A stretch of DNA of 64,000 nt from an uncultured virus (IMG/VR IMGVR_UViG_3300029705_003980) (lineage: Duplodnaviria; Heunggongvirae; Uroviricota; Caudoviricetes): IMG/VR virus record IMGVR_UViG_3300029705_003980. One strand, 5' to 3'. The position numbers and the translations under genes are program-made. Below the pieces are notes generated by a model that was not told the DNA's origin, searched no databases, and was given only the letters and a program-made list of their open reading frames with translations. Numbering within the stretch: position 1 is the stretch's first letter; every line of letters begins with the position of its first letter. Shown in pieces: positions 18,555 to 27,820 of the stretch.

Positions 18555-19100
18555 ATGGGCAAAAGAGGTCCCAAACCGGGTTCAGGTGGAAGACCAAAGA
18601 AAGCAATTACAGACAAAATTGCAGAAGGAAATCCGGGAAAGCGTATGCTGACTGTCATCGATTTTAATGACAACGCCGCTAACCTTGAAGGTGAGGCAAT
18701 GCCGAAGCCTTCGGAGTTCCTTTCCGCAACCCAACGAGACGGTACAACCTTATGTGCAGCCGAGATTTACAAGAACACTTGGAAATGGCTGTCCGACAGA
18801 GGCTGTGCCACTATTGTTTCACCACAGCTTATTGAGCGTTATGCAATGGCGAGTGCAAGATGGATTCAATGTGAAACCATTACAAGTGACCTCGGGTTTT
18901 TAGCAAAGCATCCTACCACGGGTGCAGCAATCCAATCTCCCTATGTAGCAATCGGCGATAAGTATATGACGCAGGCAAATAAAATGTGGGCAGAAATATT
19001 TCAGATTGTGCGTGAGAACTGCACAAGCGAATACACTGGCGGAGTTAATCCGCAGGATGATATTATGGAAAGATTGCTTCGAGCAAGGAAAGGAAATTGA
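18555..19100 (+). CDS. terS: Terminase small subunit (P27 family)
   Basis: GGRPKK N-terminus, QSPYV, DDIMERLL. Confidence 0.85.
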   Translation: MGKRGPKPGSGGRPKKAITDKIAEGNPGKRMLTVIDFNDNAANLEGEAMPKPSEFLSATQRDGTTLCAAEIYKNTWKWLSDRGCATIVSPQLIERYAMASARWIQCETITSDLGFLAKHPTTGAAIQSPYVAIGDKYMTQANKMWAEIFQIVRENCTSEYTGGVNPQDDIMERLLRARKGN

Positions 19101-19101
19101 T

Positions 19102-20268
19102 ATGAGTTACTTAAAAACAGCTGAAAGTGTATGCAAAGGTCACCCGGATAAACTGTGCGACCTTATTGCAGACAGCATTCTTGATGAGTGCTTAAGAAAA
19201 GACAAAAATTCCCGTGTTGCCTGTGAGGTTATGGCTACAGGTCATAAAATCATAGTCGCAGGTGAAATCACGTGTGCAAAGCGAGTTGACATTCGCCTCG
19301 TGGTTCGTGAGACATTACGCAAGGTCGGATACAATCCGCTCCGCTATCTCATTTATGTATATGTACACAAACAGAGTTCCGACATTGCAGGAGGTGTTTC
19401 AAAATCTCTTGAAGTCAGAACTAAAAACGCACAGGACATTTTCTCAACAGTTGGTGCAGGTGACCAAGGCACCGTTTACGGCTATGCTACAAACGAGACT
19501 TGGAACAAACTCCCGCTCCCTGTTGTGATTGCAAACAACATTTGCAAAAACCTTGACCTTGCAATGCACGATGGAACGATTGAGGGAATTGGTCCCGATG
19601 GCAAAGCACAAGTTACTGTGGAATACGAAGATGGCAAACCCAAGAGAATCACAAATGTTATTGTTTCAGTTCAGCACAAGGCTGATAAAAACCTCAAAGA
19701 CTTACGCCGTGAAATAGTAACAGAAGTGCTGTACCCTTTATTTGACAGATATAAAATGAATAAGGATGCCGAGGTTCTTGTGAATCCATCCGGCAGATTT
19801 GTCAAAGGCGGGCCTTCTGCTGATACTGGTTTAACAGGCAGAAAAATTATGGTTGATACATATGGAGGTCTTGCAGCACATGGTGGCGGAGCTTTCTCCG
19901 GCAAAGACCCGACAAAGGTTGACCGCAGCGGTGCATATATGGCAAGAGCTGTAGCAAAAAACATTGTAAGGTCATTTCTTGCCGATGAATGTCAGGTTGG
20001 CATTTCGTATGCAATTGGCAAGGCTGAACCTACTGCGGTTCAGATTGATACATTTGGTACAGCAAAGGTTGATGAAGAAATCATCCGCAAAGCCGTGCTT
20101 GAAGTTTTTGACCTTCGTCCGGCTGCAATCGTTTCTGCATTAAAACTCCGCTGTCCGACATATTCCGACACAACCGCATACGGACATTTCAACGGCTACC
20201 TCGGTTCTTGGGAGGAATATGACAAGACCGAAGAACTTAAAGAGGCGGTGAGAAAGTATGTTGATTGA
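19102..20268 (+). CDS. metK: S-adenosylmethionine synthetase
   Basis: ESV..GHPDK, GAGDQG, GGGAFSGKDPTKVDRS. Confidence 0.97.
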   Translation: MSYLKTAESVCKGHPDKLCDLIADSILDECLRKDKNSRVACEVMATGHKIIVAGEITCAKRVDIRLVVRETLRKVGYNPLRYLIYVYVHKQSSDIAGGVSKSLEVRTKNAQDIFSTVGAGDQGTVYGYATNETWNKLPLPVVIANNICKNLDLAMHDGTIEGIGPDGKAQVTVEYEDGKPKRITNVIVSVQHKADKNLKDLRREIVTEVLYPLFDRYKMNKDAEVLVNPSGRFVKGGPSADTGLTGRKIMVDTYGGLAAHGGGAFSGKDPTKVDRSGAYMARAVAKNIVRSFLADECQVGISYAIGKAEPTAVQIDTFGTAKVDEEIIRKAVLEVFDLRPAAIVSALKLRCPTYSDTTAYGHFNGYLGSWEEYDKTEELKEAVRKYVD

Positions 20269-21496
20269 GAAGAAAAATACAGCAGACCTTCTGCCTGCTG
20301 ACTATAACCCAAGAAAAGACCTTAAACCCGGTGATTTGGAATATGAAAAACTGAAACGCTCCATTGAGCAGTTCGGTTATGTTGAGCCTGTCATTTGGAA
20401 CAAGACAACTGGCAGAGTTGTCGGTGGGCATCAAAGACTCAAGGTCTTAATGGATATGGGACACACCGAGGTTGATTGTGTTGTTGTGGAGCTTCCCGAA
20501 GATAAAGAAAAAGCTCTCAATGTGGCACTTAATAAAATCAGCGGTGAATGGGACAAGGATAAACTTGCTCTTCTTATTTCCGACCTGCAAGGCACAGACT
20601 TTGATGTTTCTCTTACTGGCTTTGACCCGGCAGAGATTGACGACCTTTTCAAAGATACATTAAAGGATGGCATCAAGGAAGATAGTTTTGATGTAGAAGC
20701 CGAACTTGAGAAGCCTGCCTTTTCAAAGCTCGGTGATGTATGGACTCTTGGTAAGCACAGACTTATTTGTGGGGACAGCACCAAAGCAGAAACTCTTGAA
20801 AAAGTTATGAATGGTGTCAAAGCAAATCTTGTCATCACAGACCCTCCGTATAATGTTAATTACGAAGGTTCTGCCGGGAAGATAAAAAATGACAATATGG
20901 AAAATGAAAAGTTTTATCAGTTCCTTCTTGATGCATTTATCGGCACCGAATCGGTAATGGCTGATGATGCATCTATTTATGTATTCCACGCAGACACAGA
21001 GGGTCTTAATTTCCGAAAGGCTTTCTCGGATGCAGGCTTCTACCTTTCGGGGACTTGCATTTGGAAAAAGCAGTCTATCGTGCTTGGACGCTCTCCTTAC
21101 CAATGGCAGCACGAGCCTGTGCTGTTCGGTTGGAAAAAGAAAGGAAAGCATAAATGGTACACTGGAAGAAAAGAATCTACCATTTGGGAATTTGACAAGC
21201 CAAAGAAAAATGGTGAGCATCCCACAATGAAACCTATTCCGCTTCTTGCATATCCAATTATGAATTCAAGCCTTACAAATTCTGTAGTGCTTGACCCATT
21301 CGGTGGTAGCGGTTCAACCCTTATTGCTTGTGAGCAGTCTGATAGAATCTGCTGCACAGTAGAGCTTGACGAAAAGTTCTGCGATGTAATCGTAAACAGA
21401 TATATTGAGCTTGTAGGCTCGGCAGATGCTGTATCTGTAGAAAGAGACGGAGTGACATTCTCATACAAGGAGGTCACGGAATTTAATGAAACATAA
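20258..21496 (+). CDS. ParB-N domain fused to an N6-adenine/N4-cytosine DNA methyltransferase
   Basis: YNPR...VGGHQRL, TDPPYN, HPTMKP, LDPFGGSGST. Confidence 0.93.
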   Translation: MLIEKKNTADLLPADYNPRKDLKPGDLEYEKLKRSIEQFGYVEPVIWNKTTGRVVGGHQRLKVLMDMGHTEVDCVVVELPEDKEKALNVALNKISGEWDKDKLALLISDLQGTDFDVSLTGFDPAEIDDLFKDTLKDGIKEDSFDVEAELEKPAFSKLGDVWTLGKHRLICGDSTKAETLEKVMNGVKANLVITDPPYNVNYEGSAGKIKNDNMENEKFYQFLLDAFIGTESVMADDASIYVFHADTEGLNFRKAFSDAGFYLSGTCIWKKQSIVLGRSPYQWQHEPVLFGWKKKGKHKWYTGRKESTIWEFDKPKKNGEHPTMKPIPLLAYPIMNSSLTNSVVLDPFGGSGSTLIACEQSDRICCTVELDEKFCDVIVNRYIELVGSADAVSVERDGVTFSYKEVTEFNET

Positions 21497-23636
21497 TCTA
21501 ACCCTCGGCAGCTTGTTTGATGGCTCGGGTGGATTTCCTTTAGGCGGCTTGCTTTCCGGCATTACCCCTGTGTGGGCATCGGAAATCGAGCCGTTTCCTA
21601 TTAGGGTCACAACAAAGCGTATGCCGTTTATGAAACATTATGGTGATATTTCCGCTATGGACGGAAGTAAAGTCGAGCCTGTGGACATTATCACCTTCGG
21701 CTCTCCCTGCACCGATATGTCGGTAGCTGGGAAACGAGCCGGACTTGAAGGACAGCAATCGGTGCTGTTCTATGAAGCAATACGAATTGTAAAAGAAATG
21801 AGGAATGCTACAAATGGAAAATATCCACGATACATCGTGTGGGAAAATGTCCCCGGAGCATTCTCTTCCAATAAAGGCGAGGACTTCAAAGCAGTCCTCG
21901 AAGCAGTCATCGGTGTCAAAGAACCGAATGCCGAGGTGCCTATGCCTGAAAAAGGAGCGTGGGCTTACGCAGACTGCTATATGGGAGACGGATGGAGCGT
22001 TGCATACAGAACTCTTGACGCTCAATTTTGGGGAGTCCCCCAAAGAAGAAAACGAATCTACCTTGTCGCAGATTTTGCAGGTCGGAGTGCCTTCGACATA
22101 CTTTTTAAGTCCGAAGGCTTGTCAGGGTATTCTGCGGAGAGCTTCCGTGCGTGGCAAAGAACTGCCGGAAGTGTTAAGACTTGCACTTCAGCGACAGGCT
22201 TTGACGGATACAACGGAGATTTAACAGGAAATGTTTCTGCAACCATAGGTGTTAACTGTGGGATGAGTTCCGGCAGAAATGGTGTCGTTGTTAATTCTCA
22301 AAACGAGAATAATCCTCGGAGCATAGTTGAATCAGCAGGCTTTTGTACAGAACATTCAGCAAAGAGCCGTGGCATTGGTTATGAGGAAGAAACCTCTCCC
22401 ACGCTTCGTGCCGGGGTTATTCCGGCTGCAGTGGCTCTTGAAAATCATCCGGCTGATTCGCGGGTTAAACTATCCGATGATGGAAAGGTGCAAACCCTCA
22501 CTTCCCGTATGGGAACAGGCGGTGGTAATGTCCCTATGCTATTTTGCAATTGGGATGGCGAACAAACAGCACCTACTCTTACAGCTCATAATGCCGGAGG
22601 CAATCAGCGTATGCCGGACAAGAATCACTTCAACTGTATTCTTCAAGCCTTCGGTATTAGCTCCCACGATAGTAATGCAATGAAATCAAGCAACCCGCAC
22701 AGCGGTGTTTACGAAGCTGATACTTCTCGTACCCTTGATGAGAATGGCGGAAACCCCGGCTGCAATCAAGGTGGTATTGCTGTTGTTTGTGTTGATCAGG
22801 GCGGAGGCAAAAGCTCGTGCAGTGTTACAGAGGAACTTGCACCCACACTTGCCTGTACTCACGGCGGTGAACCTGCTGTATGTATACAAGGCTCTGTGAT
22901 TGGGCGTGATGATAAAAACGGACCACAAGGAAATGGAATCAATGAAGATGTTTCCTTTACCCTTAATGCCATGGACAGACACGCTGTCTATGCTATGACC
23001 ACAGGATACTACGCACAGGTAACCGAAGAAAAAGCACCGACCTTGCTTTCACGGGATTATAAGGATGCCGCTGTTGTAACTCAGCCGAGCTACGGCATAG
23101 GCAGAGATGCCTTTAATCAAGGACAGAACGCATTATATAAACCTTGTATTGAAGAGGAGCTTGAACCAACTCTTGTCGCAAAAGGTCCGGGTGCGATTGC
23201 TCATCCATACGGCTTTGACCCTTCAGCTTCAAGAGATGTGGGTCAATACTTTTTAGAGAATTGCGGAAACACACTTGTTAACGGAAGCTGTCCCGGACAT
23301 CACAACGGAGTGGTTGAGCCGACATATACTGTCCGCAGACTTACACCGACTGAATGTGCAAGACTACAAGGTTTCCCGGATTGGTGGTGTTTCGGTCTTG
23401 AAACACCTGACCCCACAATGGAAGACATCCGATATTGGTATGATGTGTTTGAAACCCACAGAAAAATATGTGGAACTTCATCCAAACCGAAAAGTCTCAA
23501 ACAAATATCACGATGGTTGCAAAAGCCACATTCCGACTCTGCCGAGTATAAAATGTGGGGCAATGGCGTAGCTTTGCCGTGCGTATTTTTTGTGCTGTCG
23601 GGCATTGTGTGGTATACACAAAATGAGCAAATGTAA
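21486..23636 (+). CDS. C5-cytosine DNA methyltransferase with a long repetitive variable region
   Basis: LFDGSGG, GSPC, ENVPG, PQRRKR, RRLTPTECARLQGFPD, GNGV. Confidence 0.95.
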   Translation: MKHNLTLGSLFDGSGGFPLGGLLSGITPVWASEIEPFPIRVTTKRMPFMKHYGDISAMDGSKVEPVDIITFGSPCTDMSVAGKRAGLEGQQSVLFYEAIRIVKEMRNATNGKYPRYIVWENVPGAFSSNKGEDFKAVLEAVIGVKEPNAEVPMPEKGAWAYADCYMGDGWSVAYRTLDAQFWGVPQRRKRIYLVADFAGRSAFDILFKSEGLSGYSAESFRAWQRTAGSVKTCTSATGFDGYNGDLTGNVSATIGVNCGMSSGRNGVVVNSQNENNPRSIVESAGFCTEHSAKSRGIGYEEETSPTLRAGVIPAAVALENHPADSRVKLSDDGKVQTLTSRMGTGGGNVPMLFCNWDGEQTAPTLTAHNAGGNQRMPDKNHFNCILQAFGISSHDSNAMKSSNPHSGVYEADTSRTLDENGGNPGCNQGGIAVVCVDQGGGKSSCSVTEELAPTLACTHGGEPAVCIQGSVIGRDDKNGPQGNGINEDVSFTLNAMDRHAVYAMTTGYYAQVTEEKAPTLLSRDYKDAAVVTQPSYGIGRDAFNQGQNALYKPCIEEELEPTLVAKGPGAIAHPYGFDPSASRDVGQYFLENCGNTLVNGSCPGHHNGVVEPTYTVRRLTPTECARLQGFPDWWCFGLETPDPTMEDIRYWYDVFETHRKICGTSSKPKSLKQISRWLQKPHSDSAEYKMWGNGVALPCVFFVLSGIVWYTQNEQM
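21814..22224 (+). CDS. Nested +1-frame ORF, probable beta subunit of the C5 methyltransferase
   Basis: GAGGA 9 nt before ATG 21814; LSQIL...YFLSPKACQGILRRA..RGKELP motif. Confidence 0.7.
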   Translation: MENIHDTSCGKMSPEHSLPIKARTSKQSSKQSSVSKNRMPRCLCLKKERGLTQTAIWETDGALHTELLTLNFGESPKEENESTLSQILQVGVPSTYFLSPKACQGILRRASVRGKELPEVLRLALQRQALTDTTEI

Positions 23637-23724
23637 TTCTACATATTTAATGCTGTAAATGACTTGATAAATGTCGTTTTTAGAGTTAATATGTGACTAC
23701 CAAAAACAAAGGAGGTCATTTACA

Positions 23725-24438
23725 ATGACAATTAGGTACAATACAACAGGAACAAAACGCAAAGAGCTGGTTCAGCTGATTGCAAACTTCACAGGCTGTG
23801 AACCGAAATACAAAGGAGCACCGACTTTTGCTTACGAAGTGGACTATTTCACTATCGACAAAAGCGGTGCTCTTTCATTTGACGACAGAGCCGACAGCGA
23901 GGTTATTGAGAGACTTCTTGAAATGCTCTATGACAACGGCTTTGAAGCTGAAGGGCTGCCGGAAGCAGACGAACCGACAGAGGTGACCGAGCAAGAGAGC
24001 GATGGTGCAGGCTTGATTATAACCATTCCCTTTGAGAATGTTTCGGTTGGCAATCTTACAAAACTCTTGGAAGTCAAAGGCAACCTTATAAAAAAGGCAC
24101 TTGGGATTGATGACTTGCCATTGGCAATGAACGATGACAGCGTTTCATTCCTTTGGTTTAAGAATGAAGTTCTTTCGCCTGAATACATCAATGCCTACAC
24201 CGAGTTCATTTCCCTTCTTTGCCAAATGACAACGAAGCAAAAACGCATCACGGCAACAGAAAAGGAATACGACAATGAGAAGTACGCTTTCAGATGTTTC
24301 CTTTTAAGGCTCGGTTTTATTGGCGCAGAGCATAAGGCGGCAAGGAAAATACTTCTTCAGAAACTTGAAGGAAGCTCTGCTTTCAAAAATGGTGAGAAAA
24401 AAGGAACGGAGGTATCAGACAATGAAGTTTCCGAGTAA
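23725..24438 (+). CDS. Phage hypothetical protein (often labelled virulence-related)
   Basis: YKGAPTFAYEV and NEKYAFRCFLLRLGFIG. Confidence 0.8.
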   Translation: MTIRYNTTGTKRKELVQLIANFTGCEPKYKGAPTFAYEVDYFTIDKSGALSFDDRADSEVIERLLEMLYDNGFEAEGLPEADEPTEVTEQESDGAGLIITIPFENVSVGNLTKLLEVKGNLIKKALGIDDLPLAMNDDSVSFLWFKNEVLSPEYINAYTEFISLLCQMTTKQKRITATEKEYDNEKYAFRCFLLRLGFIGAEHKAARKILLQKLEGSSAFKNGEKKGTEVSDNEVSE

Positions 24439-24919
24439 AGAAATTGTTGATAGGCTTCGTGAAGAATATCCAATTGGGACTCGTGTTGAACTTGTTCGCA
24501 TGGATGATTTTCAAGCACCTCCCATTGGAACTAAAGGCACCGTGCGTGGTGTTGATGATGCCGGAAGCATTATGGTTCGATGGGATACAGGTTCAGGCCT
24601 GAGCATAGCCTATGGTGAAGACCAATGCAAAAAACTTGCTACAGTAAAAACAATATGTTATGGTGAAGAGCAAGTGTGGGATTGCCGAAGCGATGCTACC
24701 ACTCACTTTATCAGAGCTATTGCAATGTCGGAGGGTAGCGAAAGAGAAAGATATACCAAAATATATATGGAGCTTATGTCCGGCTTGGATGTCTGCACCG
24801 ATTTGACAGACCAGCATATATGTAAATATTGCGGTAAGATTGCTGACGGGACAGATGAAGATATTCTTTGCAAGGAGTGCCGAGAACTGTTCGGTCATAT
24901 GTTCTACTTTGAACTGTAA
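24422..24919 (+). CDS. DUF4314 domain protein with C-terminal extension
   Basis: YPIGTRVEL..MDD.QAPPIGTKGTV.GVDDAG; terminal CxxC..CxxC. Confidence 0.8.
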   Translation: MKFPSKEIVDRLREEYPIGTRVELVRMDDFQAPPIGTKGTVRGVDDAGSIMVRWDTGSGLSIAYGEDQCKKLATVKTICYGEEQVWDCRSDATTHFIRAIAMSEGSERERYTKIYMELMSGLDVCTDLTDQHICKYCGKIADGTDEDILCKECRELFGHMFYFEL

Positions 24920-25016
24920 TATACACAATTTTCCCCTTAAATCTTTGTGTAGTTTATGCCGATAAATAACTGGATATTATGTGTTTTTAGAGGTAATATG
25001 TTACTACCGAAAGGGA
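24914..25016 (+). repeat. About 103-bp promoter/operator repeat, copy A
   Basis: Closely matches 26749-26852; partial copies near 23655-23703 and 48582-48615. Confidence 0.9.
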
Positions 25017-25044
25017 TAAAACAAAGATTACGGAGGGCTTGAAA

Positions 25045-25995
25045 ATGAGCGAAAAAACAACACTTTTTGTAGAGGAAATGAAAAAGCAGACCATTGGGGT
25101 TGAGGTTGAGATGAACAACATCACAAGGGACAAGGCAGCAAAGATTGCAGCCGACCTTTTTGGAACAAACCGCTACCAAAACACCGAGGCAAGAAACGGA
25201 TACTGCACTTGGTCAGCTTGGGATTCAGAAGGTCGAGAATGGAAATTTCAAAAGGATGTCAGCATACAAGGAGCAGACAGTCAAAAGTGCGAACTTGTGA
25301 CCCCCATTCTTACATACAAGGACATTGAACTTTTACAGGAACTTATAAGGAAGCTACGAAAAGCCGGAGCAAAAAGCGATGCTTCAAGAGGATGCGGAGT
25401 TCACATTCACATTGGTGCAAAGGGACACACACCACAGACCCTTCGCAACCTTGCAAACATTATGGCAAGTCACGAAAGCCTCCTTACAGATAGCCTGAAA
25501 CTTGACAGCAGCAGAATTTCAAGATACTGCCGAACAGTTAACCCACGATTCCTTGACACCTTGAACCGCAAGAAACCGAAAACAATGTCAGCACTTGCAG
25601 ATATTTGGTACGATTGCAATGGTGCAAACTACGGCAGAAGCCATCACTACAACGACAGCCGATACCATATGCTTAACCTACACGCAACCTTCACAAAAGG
25701 AACAGTTGAATTCAGGCTTTTCCAATTTGATGAGCCATCCAACGGAAAGCAAAACGGCTTACATGCCGGACAGCTTAAGAGTTACATTCAGCTTTGCCTT
25801 GCCCTTTCAAACCTTGCAAAAACAGTACGCTCCGCAAGCTCAAAGCCACAGCAAAACGAGAACCCCAAATACGCAATGAGAACTTGGCTCCTCCGCCTCG
25901 GCTTCATTGGAAAGGAATTTGAAACCGCAAGAGACATCCTTACAAGAAACCTTACAGGGGACACGGCATTTAGGCACACCTCAAGAGTTGCTTGA
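25045..25995 (+). CDS. Amidoligase (Amidoligase_2, COOH-NH2 ligase)
   Basis: IGVEVEM, ELVTPIL, CGVHIHIG, RYHMLN, TVEFRLF. Confidence 0.9.
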   Translation: MSEKTTLFVEEMKKQTIGVEVEMNNITRDKAAKIAADLFGTNRYQNTEARNGYCTWSAWDSEGREWKFQKDVSIQGADSQKCELVTPILTYKDIELLQELIRKLRKAGAKSDASRGCGVHIHIGAKGHTPQTLRNLANIMASHESLLTDSLKLDSSRISRYCRTVNPRFLDTLNRKKPKTMSALADIWYDCNGANYGRSHHYNDSRYHMLNLHATFTKGTVEFRLFQFDEPSNGKQNGLHAGQLKSYIQLCLALSNLAKTVRSASSKPQQNENPKYAMRTWLLRLGFIGKEFETARDILTRNLTGDTAFRHTSRVA

Positions 25996-26080
25996 AGGTC
26001 ATAGGCACAGCCCCACCGACCGCTTCGGCGGTCTTAAGGTGGTAGAAGGACAATTGCCTTCAGGAAGGATGAATGAAAAT

Positions 26081-26554
26081 ATGGAAAAACGCTATTATTT
26101 AGCCTACGGCAGCAACCTCAACATTGGGCAGATGAAGTACAGATGCCCCGGTTCAAGAATTATAGGTACAGCGGTTCTTGAAGACTATCAGCTTCTTTTC
26201 AAAGGAAGCAAGACTGGTTCGTACCTCACCATTGAGAAAAAGAAAGGCTCTTCCGTTCCGCTTGCAGTTTGGGAAGTAACACCCTTTGATGAAAAAAGGC
26301 TTGATGCCTACGAGGGATTTCCTAACTTCTATTACAAAAAGGAATTTGAGCTGGATATCAAAGGAATCAAGTCGGGCAAGATAAGACATCGGAAATGCTT
26401 TGTATATATAATGCACGAGGAAAGACCTCTCGGCATACCGACAAAAGCATACTATTGGACTTGTCTTGAAGGCTACCACGATTTCAAATTCGATGAAACA
26501 ATTTTATACCAAGCTCTGCTTGATAGTAAGGAAGGTATCGCAAATGAAAACTAA
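26081..26554 (+). CDS. Gamma-glutamylcyclotransferase family protein
   Basis: YLAYGSNL and LDAYEG. Confidence 0.9.
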   Translation: MEKRYYLAYGSNLNIGQMKYRCPGSRIIGTAVLEDYQLLFKGSKTGSYLTIEKKKGSSVPLAVWEVTPFDEKRLDAYEGFPNFYYKKEFELDIKGIKSGKIRHRKCFVYIMHEERPLGIPTKAYYWTCLEGYHDFKFDETILYQALLDSKEGIANEN

Positions 26555-26747
26555 CGCTCACAAACGCAAAGAATGCCCAAGATGCGGTGGCATTTACTTC
26601 GGTGCTTCAGCTTTATCACGGCTTGACAACCAAAGCCAAATCTGCCCCGACTGTGGCACACGAGAGGCACTTGAAAGTATCGGTGTTGATACTGCCGAAC
26701 AGGATAAAATCATCGAGAAAATCCATAGTTGTCAATGCGGTAATTAA
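26544..26747 (+). CDS. Small zinc-finger protein
   Basis: CPRC...ALSRLDN...ICPDCG.REAL. Confidence 0.75.
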   Translation: MKTNAHKRKECPRCGGIYFGASALSRLDNQSQICPDCGTREALESIGVDTAEQDKIIEKIHSCQCGN

Positions 26748-26748
26748 G

Positions 26749-26852
26749 CTGTAATATACACAATTTCACCAACAAATCTTTGTGTAGTATATTATCGCTA
26801 AATGACTTGATATAATGTAGATTTAGAGGTAATATGTCACTACCGAAAGGGA
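26749..26852 (+). repeat. About 103-bp promoter/operator repeat, copy B
   Basis: TACACAA-N16-TTGTGTA, then TTGATA...TTTAGAGGTAATATG..ACTACCGAAAGGGA. Confidence 0.9.
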
Positions 26853-26881
26853 CAAGAACACATTATTTGGAGGATACAAAA

Positions 26882-27244
26882 ATGAAGAAAATTGAAGCAT
26901 TTGAAAAGGCAATCGTAAACAAGATTCCCAACCTTCGAGAGGCAGGAATCAACCCCACACTTTTTTGGGCATACAGAACCCTTGAAGAAACCGGGAACGA
27001 GAGAATTGATTTTAACGAGTGCATTTGGGAACACGAAATTGAGGACATTGCAAATTGCCTCAAGGAAAACGGAATTTACGAATTTACAATTTCAAGCACC
27101 TTCTCAAGCCTCATTGAAACCCTCGCAGAGTTTCAGAAGCACGGCTTTCAAATGGCAGGCTTGACCGAAGTCAAAGCACGATACACCGAGGCTTGTTCAA
27201 ACGAAAAGAAACGCATCCCGGCAATCAGAATGCTTTGCATATAA
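26882..27244 (+). CDS. Hypothetical protein
   Basis: GGAGG RBS; EFTISSTFSSLIE motif. Confidence 0.75.
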   Translation: MKKIEAFEKAIVNKIPNLREAGINPTLFWAYRTLEETGNERIDFNECIWEHEIEDIANCLKENGIYEFTISSTFSSLIETLAEFQKHGFQMAGLTEVKARYTEACSNEKKRIPAIRMLCI

Positions 27245-27257
27245 GGAGGACAAAACA

Positions 27258-27530
27258 ATGACCGAATTTACAACTGTTGAAAAACTCGCCCTTGACATTT
27301 CACCGAGCTACGATGCAATCGTAAGGTACAAAGGTTTTGTGTGCCTTGCAACTTTAAACTACAAAGGCAAATACGAAGCCGAGGTTTACGAGTATGTTGA
27401 CGAGCCGGATTCTGAATTCGCTGAAATCGAGTGCCGACTTTCCCTTAACGAGAAAGCAACAGAACAGTTCGGCAACAGCGGTGAAGCCATTAAATGGTGT
27501 TTCGACACAATTGACGGAACGGAGGGTTAA
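27258..27530 (+). CDS. Small acidic hypothetical protein
   Basis: AAGGAGG RBS; 90 aa. Confidence 0.75.
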   Translation: MTEFTTVEKLALDISPSYDAIVRYKGFVCLATLNYKGKYEAEVYEYVDEPDSEFAEIECRLSLNEKATEQFGNSGEAIKWCFDTIDGTEG

Positions 27531-27536
27531 ATAACG

Positions 27537-27743
27537 ATGTGTGATTTAAGTAAAATAACCCAAAGAACAAGAGACCTGTATTATCTTCTTGACCGCAAGG
27601 TAAAAGGTACGGATGATGAATACCGATACGGACTCGGAGTAAACGGACTCAATGAGGTTTGCTTCACCGACTTCCGCACGATGACCGATGTAAAGGGCAA
27701 CAGGGCGGCACAGGCGGCAATCAAAGAACTGCTTGCAAAATAA
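27537..27743 (+). CDS. Small hypothetical protein
   Basis: 68 aa; GGAGG RBS. Confidence 0.65.
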   Translation: MCDLSKITQRTRDLYYLLDRKVKGTDDEYRYGLGVNGLNEVCFTDFRTMTDVKGNRAAQAAIKELLAK

Positions 27744-27757
27744 TAAAACTTCAAACT

Positions 27758-27820
27758 GAACGGAGCTGAAAGGCTCTGTTCCTCGTTACACGAAAGACCT
27801 GCAAGGGTCTTATTTTTATA
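27758..27820 (+). terminator. Tandem hairpins ending in a T tract
   Basis: GAACGGAGC-TGAAAG-GCTCTGTTC, then AAGACC-TGCAAG-GGTCTT-ATTTTT. Confidence 0.65.

Noticed and set aside
23610..26852. Repeats considered as a CRISPR array or integron attC sites
   Set aside because: Too long, separated by whole genes and promoter-like; no cas or integron integrase gene seen
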